Shown: in pieces, positions 56,862 to 64,000 of the stretch
How the letters are laid out: every line of letters starts with the position of its first letter
Position numbering within the stretch: position 1 is the first letter of the stretch
Assembly: GCA_963805625.1 (NCBI GenBank)
Contig: CAWDVE010000013.1
Coordinates: forward strand, 160,001-224,000
Origin: an uncultured Candidatus Rokubacteria bacterium
GTDB taxonomy: Bacteria > Methylomirabilota > Methylomirabilia > Rokubacteriales > DASRDR01
Length of the DNA stretch: 64,000 nt
Reading direction: 5' to 3'
Notes under the pieces: generated by a model
Told to the model about the DNA's origin: nothing
What the model saw: only the letters and a program-made list of their open reading frames with translations
Database searches by the model: none
Translations under genes and position numbers: made by a program

Positions 56862-59800
56862 ATGACTCGGTCACGTGACCGCTACCGTGTGGGTGTCGAC
56901 ATCGGTGGGACCTTCACGGATTTCGTCCTCGTGGACGGGGAAACCGGGCGCGTGCGCCTCCACAAGTGCCTCACCACACCCAAGGACCCCTCGGCAGGCG
57001 CCCTCGAAGGCCTGGAAGAGCTCCTCCGGGCGGCCGGCCTCGGGTTCGTCGAGGTCGGTGCCCTGGTCCACGGCACCACCCTAGTGACCAACGCGATCAT
57101 CGAGCGGAACGGGAGCCCGCTCGGTCTCCTGACGACGCGTGGGTTCAGGGACGTCCTCGAGATGGGAACCGAGCAGCGCTATGACATCTACGATCTGTTC
57201 CTGCGCTTCCCGGAACCGCTCGTCGGGCGGGCCCTCCGCCGGGAGGTCGACGAGCGTCTGGACCGCGACGGGCGCGTGGTCGTGCCGCTCGACCAGGAGC
57301 AGGCCCGCCGCGAGGTCGCCGACCTCGTCGAGGCCGGGATTGAGGCCCTCGCCGTCTGCTTCCTCCACGCCTACCGCAACCCGGCCCACGAGCGCGCCGT
57401 GGCCGACATGGTCCGGCGCGAGTTCCCCGGCTTGGCCGTGTCGCTCTCCTCCGAGGTCGTCCCCGAGCTCCGGGAATACGAGCGGAGCGCGACCACCGCG
57501 GCCAACGCCTACGTGCAGCCCCTCATGGCCCGGTACGTCGCCAAGCTCGAAGCCGCCCTCGCCGAGCGCGGCTTCGCCGGGCGCTTCTACCTGATCCAGT
57601 CCGCGGGCGGCATGACGCCGCCCGCAACCGCGCGGCGGTTCCCGATCCGCCTCCTCGAGTCAGGGCCGGCCGGCGGCGCGCTGGTCGCCGCCTTCTTCGG
57701 GCGGCAGGTCGGCCACCCAGACGTTCTCGCCTTCGACATGGGCGGGACCACCGCCAAAGCCTGCCTCGTCCAGGACGGCCGGCCCGACGTCGCGCCGGCC
57801 ATGGAGGCCGCGCGTGTGCACCGGTTCAAGCGGGGCAGCGGCCTCCCCATCAAGGCGCCCGTGATCGATATGATCGAGATCGGGGCGGGTGGCGGGTCGA
57901 TCGCCCACGTCGACGCCCTAGGCCTCCTCAAGGTCGGTCCGCGGAGCGCGGGAGCCGACCCGGGGCCGGCCTGCTACGGGCTCGGAGGGAAAGAGCCGAC
58001 GGTAACCGACGCAAACCTTCTGCTCGGCTACCTGGACCCGGGGTTCTTCCTCGGTGGGCGCATGCGGCTCGATCGGCCGGCGGCAGAAGGAGCGGTGGCG
58101 GCGCTCGCCGGAGAGCTCGGCCTCGATCGGATGGGCGCCGCGTGGGGCATCTACGAGATCGTGTGCGAGAACATGGCGGCCGCCGCGCGGGTGCACATCG
58201 TGGAGAAGGGCCGCGACCCGCGCCGGTACGCGATGGTGGCCTTCGGAGGCGCAGGGCCGGCGCACGCGGCGCGCGTGGCCCGCATCCTGGGCATCGGGGA
58301 AGTCATCGTGCCGCCCGCCTCGGGCGCCGCCGCGGCCCTCGGCTTCCTGGTCGCGCCGATCAGCTTCGAGTTCGTCACCTCGCTCCCGGGGGTGCTCGGC
58401 GAGCTGGACCTCACGGCGGTCAATCGCCTCCTCGGCGACCTGGAGGCGCAGGGGCGCGCCCTTCTCACGGAGGCCGGCGTGCCAGCGACCGACGTCACCG
58501 TCACGCGGCGTGCGGAGATGCGCCTTCTCGGGCAGGTCCACGACATCGCGGTGGCGCTTCCGGCGGGTCCGCTTCGGCATGATGACCTCCCCGCGATCGA
58601 GGCCGCCTTCGTCGCCGAGTACGGGCGGCTCTACACCCACGTCTACACGGGCACCGTCATCCAGGCGATCAACTGGCGCGTCCTCAGCGCCGGGCCGGCT
58701 CCCACCGTCCACGTCGGCGGTCAGGACGGCGTGATGGCGGGTGCCACCGCACGGAAGGGCGACCGCCCTGCCTACTTCCCGGAAGCCGGAGGCTTCGTCT
58801 CCACACCGGTATACGACCGGTACGCGCTGGCCCCGGGTGAGATCCTCCTCGGCCCCGTCATCGTCGAGGAGCGCGAGTCCACGACGGTGGTGCCGCCGGG
58901 CGACCGGCTCGAGGTGGACCCGCGCGGAAACCTCCGGATCCGTGTCGCCCGCACCACCTCGCTCGAGCCCGTCGTACCGGCGGGCCTCGACCTCATCCAG
59001 GCGATCGCGCGGATCGAGGCCGACCCGGTCGGGCTCGAGATCATGTGGAGCCGGCTCATCAACATCGTCGAGGAGTGCTGGCTGACCGTCTGGCGAACAG
59101 CCTTCTCCCTCATCATCGGCGAGGCGCAGGACTTCGCCTGCGAGCTGCTGGACCCTCGGGGCAACTCGCTCGCCCACTCGCCACGGGCGATGCCCGTTTT
59201 CAACCTGACCCTCCCCCGCGCCGTGCGCGCCATCCTGGAGCGGTTCCCGGCCGAGACGCTCGCCCCCGGCGACGTCCTGATCACCAACGATCCGTGGATC
59301 TGCGCCGGGCACCTGTTCGACGTCGCCATCGTGACGCCCGTGTTCCGGGACGGCCGGGTGGTCGCCATTCTCGGGACGATCGGCCATGTGACGGACATCG
59401 GGGGCACCCGGGACAGCCTGAGCGCGCGCGAGATCTACGAGGAGGGGTTCCAGATCCCGCCGATGAAGCTCTACCGGGCCGGAGAGCCGAACGAGGATCT
59501 CTTCCGGCTTCTGGCCGAGAACGTCCGCAAGAGCGAGCAGGTCCTCGGGGACCTCCACGCGCTGATCTCCGCCAACGCCACCGGGGCCCAGCGACTCCTG
59601 GCCTTCATGGAGGAGTACGGACTGGAGGATCTCGAAGCGCTGGCGACCGTGATCCAGGACCGCTCCGAACGCGCGATCCGCGAGGCCATTCGCCGGGTGC
59701 CGGATGGCACCTACCGGAGCGAGATCTGGAACGACGGGCTCGGCACGCCGCTCCGCTATCCCATCACGGTGACGGTAAGGGGCGAGACGATCGACGTCGA

Positions 59801-60731
59801 CTTCGCGGGGGCCCCGCCCCAGCAACCGCGGGGCGGCTCGAACTGCACCTACAACTACACGGCAGCGCACACGGTGTACCCGCTCAAGTGCATCCTGTCG
59901 CCCAGCGTGCCCAGCAATGCCGGGTGCTACCGACCCTTCCGCGTGACGGCCCCCGAGGGCAGCATCCTGAACTGCACGAAACCCGCCTCGGTCAACGTGC
60001 GGACGCGAACAGGCTGGTACATCGCGCCGAACCTGTTCATCGCGCTGGCGGGGGCGGTGCCGGATCGGGTTCAGGCGTTCACGGGTCTCCCGGCTTCCAT
60101 CACCTTGTACGGTCAGGGCCCGGACGGCCGCTTCTACAGCGACCACCTCTTCCAGGGGGGCGGCCAGGGTGCTTCCGCCCAGGGCGACGGCAAGTCGGCG
60201 CTCCTCTGGCCGACCAGCGCCGCCAACACGTCGGTCGAGCTCTTCGAGACGCGAACCCCGATCCTGGTGCTCGAGAAGCGCTATCTCTCGGACAGCGGCG
60301 GCCCCGGCCGACACCGCGGTGGGCTCGGCCAGGTCGTCCGCGTGCGGAAGCTCGCCGACGACGGCCGGCCGGCCTATGCCGGCCTCTTTCCCGATGGCGT
60401 GCTGACGCGGACGGCAGGCCTCTTCGGGGGTCGTGCGGGCGGCGCCGTGCGGGGGGTGCTCCTCGACGCCGCCGGCGCGGTGGTCACCGACTACGGGGTG
60501 GGGAGCCTGGTTGCCCTCGAGCGGCCCAACCAGATCCTCGAGCTACGCCTGGCGGGCGGGGCCGGATTCGGCGACCCGCGGGAGCGGCCGCTCGAGCTGA
60601 TCCAGCACGACCTGGACCACGGCTACGTCACGCCGCGAGCGGTGGTCGAGGACTACGGCTGCAAGGTGGCGGCGGACGGACGCGTCGTCCCGGCCACCGG
60701 CTCGCGTATGTCAGACGACCCAGCGCGGTAG
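56862..60731 (+). CDS. Fused hydantoinase A/B (5-oxoprolinase-like) ATP-dependent amidohydrolase
   Basis: VDIGGTFTD, HGTT, ESGPAGG, DMGGTT, GAGGGS (A half). PGDVLITNDP, GHLFD, DIGG, DSGGPGRHRGG, GGAGFGDP (B half). Confidence 0.93.
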   Translation: MTRSRDRYRVGVDIGGTFTDFVLVDGETGRVRLHKCLTTPKDPSAGALEGLEELLRAAGLGFVEVGALVHGTTLVTNAIIERNGSPLGLLTTRGFRDVLEMGTEQRYDIYDLFLRFPEPLVGRALRREVDERLDRDGRVVVPLDQEQARREVADLVEAGIEALAVCFLHAYRNPAHERAVADMVRREFPGLAVSLSSEVVPELREYERSATTAANAYVQPLMARYVAKLEAALAERGFAGRFYLIQSAGGMTPPATARRFPIRLLESGPAGGALVAAFFGRQVGHPDVLAFDMGGTTAKACLVQDGRPDVAPAMEAARVHRFKRGSGLPIKAPVIDMIEIGAGGGSIAHVDALGLLKVGPRSAGADPGPACYGLGGKEPTVTDANLLLGYLDPGFFLGGRMRLDRPAAEGAVAALAGELGLDRMGAAWGIYEIVCENMAAAARVHIVEKGRDPRRYAMVAFGGAGPAHAARVARILGIGEVIVPPASGAAAALGFLVAPISFEFVTSLPGVLGELDLTAVNRLLGDLEAQGRALLTEAGVPATDVTVTRRAEMRLLGQVHDIAVALPAGPLRHDDLPAIEAAFVAEYGRLYTHVYTGTVIQAINWRVLSAGPAPTVHVGGQDGVMAGATARKGDRPAYFPEAGGFVSTPVYDRYALAPGEILLGPVIVEERESTTVVPPGDRLEVDPRGNLRIRVARTTSLEPVVPAGLDLIQAIARIEADPVGLEIMWSRLINIVEECWLTVWRTAFSLIIGEAQDFACELLDPRGNSLAHSPRAMPVFNLTLPRAVRAILERFPAETLAPGDVLITNDPWICAGHLFDVAIVTPVFRDGRVVAILGTIGHVTDIGGTRDSLSAREIYEEGFQIPPMKLYRAGEPNEDLFRLLAENVRKSEQVLGDLHALISANATGAQRLLAFMEEYGLEDLEALATVIQDRSERAIREAIRRVPDGTYRSEIWNDGLGTPLRYPITVTVRGETIDVDFAGAPPQQPRGGSNCTYNYTAAHTVYPLKCILSPSVPSNAGCYRPFRVTAPEGSILNCTKPASVNVRTRTGWYIAPNLFIALAGAVPDRVQAFTGLPASITLYGQGPDGRFYSDHLFQGGGQGASAQGDGKSALLWPTSAANTSVELFETRTPILVLEKRYLSDSGGPGRHRGGLGQVVRVRKLADDGRPAYAGLFPDGVLTRTAGLFGGRAGGAVRGVLLDAAGAVVTDYGVGSLVALERPNQILELRLAGGAGFGDPRERPLELIQHDLDHGYVTPRAVVEDYGCKVAADGRVVPATGSRMSDDPAR

Positions 60732-60843
60732 TCGCGAGACCCACCCTTCATCGGGGTCCGGCCGCGGGATCGGTCACAGATGACGCTCCACCCCCGGATG
60801 GACGGGCGTTGACCCACGGCGTGCGACCCCCGCAGCCGCGCGT

Positions 60844-61776
60844 TCAAGCCGCGACGGCGGGCTCCAGGAAGGACAGCGTGCCGGCGCCGCCGTCGAGGCG
60901 CGCCCGCGTGCCCAGCGCGACCGGCACGTTGACCGCGTCATGGCCGATGGGAAGCCCGCCGACGCACGGAAGGCCCGTCTCTCCCGCCAGGCTCCAGAGC
61001 ACGTCGCGAAGCGTGAACTCACCGCCCGGCTCCTCGCAGTCGGTGAAGTCGCCGAGCGCCAGGCCTGCCACGCGCCCGAAGACCCCCGCGAGCCGGAGAT
61101 GGGTCCACATGCGGTCGATCCGGTATGGCCGCTCCCCCACGTCCTCGAGGAGCAGCACCGCGCCGGTGAGGTCCGGCAGCCACGGCGTGCCGAGAAGGCG
61201 GGTGAGGATGGAAAGGTTGCCGCCCAGAAGCGGCCCCTCGGCGACACCGCCGATGATCGGTGTCCCGCTAACGGGCGCGGGCGGGGCCGCACCGTCCTCC
61301 AGAATCGCGAAGAAGCGTTCCATGACGGTCGACGGCTGCGTCGCGAGCTGGGTGACGACCGGCCCGTGAACACTCACGCGACCGCAGACCTGAAGAGCGG
61401 CGTGCAACGCCGTGATGTCCGAGAATCCGACTAGCAGCTTGGCGGGGCCGGGACTCGAAGGGACGCCACCGGCGATCGGCCACACACGGGGCAGGAGCCG
61501 CATGCTGCCGTAGCCGCCACGCGCCGCCACGATGCCACGGATCCGGGGGTCGGCGAGCGCCGCCACGAGCTCCCCCCGGCGCCTGCCATCGTCTCCGGCG
61601 AGATACCGGACGCGGCTCAGGAGGCCGCAATCCCACGCCACCTCGTACCGGCCGGCGAGGATCCGGAGGCCCGCGTCGAGGCTCTCGCGATCGAAGGGCC
61701 CGGCCGGCGCGACGACGGCGACACGATCCCCAGGCGCGAGGGCGCGAGGCTTCACGAAGGGCGCCGGTCCGCTCAC
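60844..61776 (-). CDS. ldcA: LD-carboxypeptidase (peptidase S66)
   Basis: VAPAG, ARGGYG, GFSDIT (Ser), GGNL, LLEDVGE..YRIDR, PIGH. Confidence 0.93.
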   Translation of the reverse strand: MSGPAPFVKPRALAPGDRVAVVAPAGPFDRESLDAGLRILAGRYEVAWDCGLLSRVRYLAGDDGRRRGELVAALADPRIRGIVAARGGYGSMRLLPRVWPIAGGVPSSPGPAKLLVGFSDITALHAALQVCGRVSVHGPVVTQLATQPSTVMERFFAILEDGAAPPAPVSGTPIIGGVAEGPLLGGNLSILTRLLGTPWLPDLTGAVLLLEDVGERPYRIDRMWTHLRLAGVFGRVAGLALGDFTDCEEPGGEFTLRDVLWSLAGETGLPCVGGLPIGHDAVNVPVALGTRARLDGGAGTLSFLEPAVAA

Positions 61777-61864
61777 GCCACCGACTCGAGACCCGGCGCA
61801 CGCACGCGGATCATCTCCCCGAAGGTATCCTACCTCATGAGCACGACGACGCCGGCGGAACCGA

Positions 61865-61899
61865 GGACTCCGCGCCGCCGCGAGGACGGCGCGGAGTCC
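61865..61899 (-). terminator. Terminator-like hairpin downstream of the degP-like gene
   Basis: 13-bp perfect stem GGACTCCGCGCCG...CGGCGCGGAGTCC. Confidence 0.55.
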
Positions 61900-61922
61900 C
61901 CAAGCCGGCCGAACTGACGGAA

Positions 61923-63374
<1,452 letters not shown>

Positions 63375-63471
63375 CGGTCTCTCTCCTTCGCGTGTGCTCG
63401 GGCGCGCCGGGCCGGCGACATGCCGGACGCCGAGGCGTCGCCCAGATCTGCCCTCGATCATGAACGCCGAA

Positions 63472-63500
63472 GATGAGAGGCCGATGAGAACTGGATGAGA
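63472..63500 (-). promoter_or_regulatory. Three 11-bp-phased direct repeats (OmpR/PhoB-family binding site)
   Basis: GATGAGA at 63472, 63483 and 63494 (TCTCATC on the coding strand), between the kinase stop and degP. Confidence 0.65.
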
Positions 63501-63506
63501 TCTTTC

Positions 63507-64000
63507 TCAGGAACGGGGCAGCCGGATCGTGAAGCGGCTCCCCGCCCCGGGGGTCGACTCCACGGTCAGGGTTCCGCCGTGGGCCGCTACGATTGATCGG
63601 GCGATCGCGAGACCGAGCCCGGTGCCCTCCGTCTCCCTCGCCCGGGCCGCCTCCAGCCGGACGAATGGATCGAACACCCGCTCCACGTCGGCCGGCGCGA
63701 TCCCCGAGCCGCTGTCCTGAACGGAGATCTCCACCCAGCCGGACGCCGACACGGCCGAGATCTCCACCTTGCCGCCGGACGGCGTGTACCGCACGGCGTT
63801 GTCGACCAGGTTGAGGAGCGCCCGCTCGAGAGCGACCGCATCGCCCGTCACGCCGGTGGGCTCCACGACACCGAGACGGACGGTCACACCGCGCCCCTGG
63901 GCCAGCCGGGCGCCGGCATCCAGCGCCCCGAGGACGAGCGCCTCCAGATCCACCGGTCCGGACCGCACCAGGCCGCCCGAGGAGGCCCGCGACAGCACGA
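63507..64000 (-). CDS. Sensor histidine kinase, C-terminal HATPase part (truncated by window edge)
   Basis: NLVDNAVRY (N box), DSGSGI (G1), FDPF (F), GTGLGL (G2). Confidence 0.93.
   Translation of the reverse strand, partial: VLSRASSGGLVRSGPVDLEALVLGALDAGARLAQGRGVTVRLGVVEPTGVTGDAVALERALLNLVDNAVRYTPSGGKVEISAVSASGWVEISVQDSGSGIAPADVERVFDPFVRLEAARARETEGTGLGLAIARSIVAAHGGTLTVESTPGAGSRFTIRLPRS

Noticed and set aside
57918-60314. Long antisense or alternate-frame ORFs (798 aa here; also 27975..30260, 50044..51960, 12150..13718)
   Set aside because: Typical stop-poor shadow frames of high-GC genes, with no recognisable motifs.

Overview
High-GC (roughly 70% by eye), gene-dense bacterial chromosome segment with about 62 protein-coding genes. 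No rRNA, tRNA, CRISPR array, transposase or phage gene is recognisable. The repertoire resembles soil or subsurface Candidatus Rokubacteria / Methylomirabilota-type genomes (inference only). Contents: signalling and toxin-antitoxin genes (GAF-GAF-GGDEF cyclase, RHH-PIN pair); housekeeping genes (aroC, metC, msrA, panE-like, mpl, ldcA, degP-like); a ~19 kb GntR-controlled catabolic cluster of unknown substrate (21217-40303) that mixes acid-sugar and CoA-thioester enzymes; a sulfotransferase/GT2/CoA-ligase-like group; an AAA-ATPase/VWA pair; and a peptide-ABC/hydantoinase-oxoprolinase operon. Two translation-level signals are missed by the ORF track. (1) A 98-aa signal-peptide ORF ending in RAPP (19983-20279) sits upstream of a secreted DUF1344 gene and is a candidate secretion-sensing ribosome-arrest peptide. 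(2) A DsbA/FrnE-like gene (44003-44629) has an in-frame TGA in a UxxC motif followed by a SECIS-like hairpin, i.e. a probable selenoprotein. All product calls come from motifs recognised by eye, not database searches.
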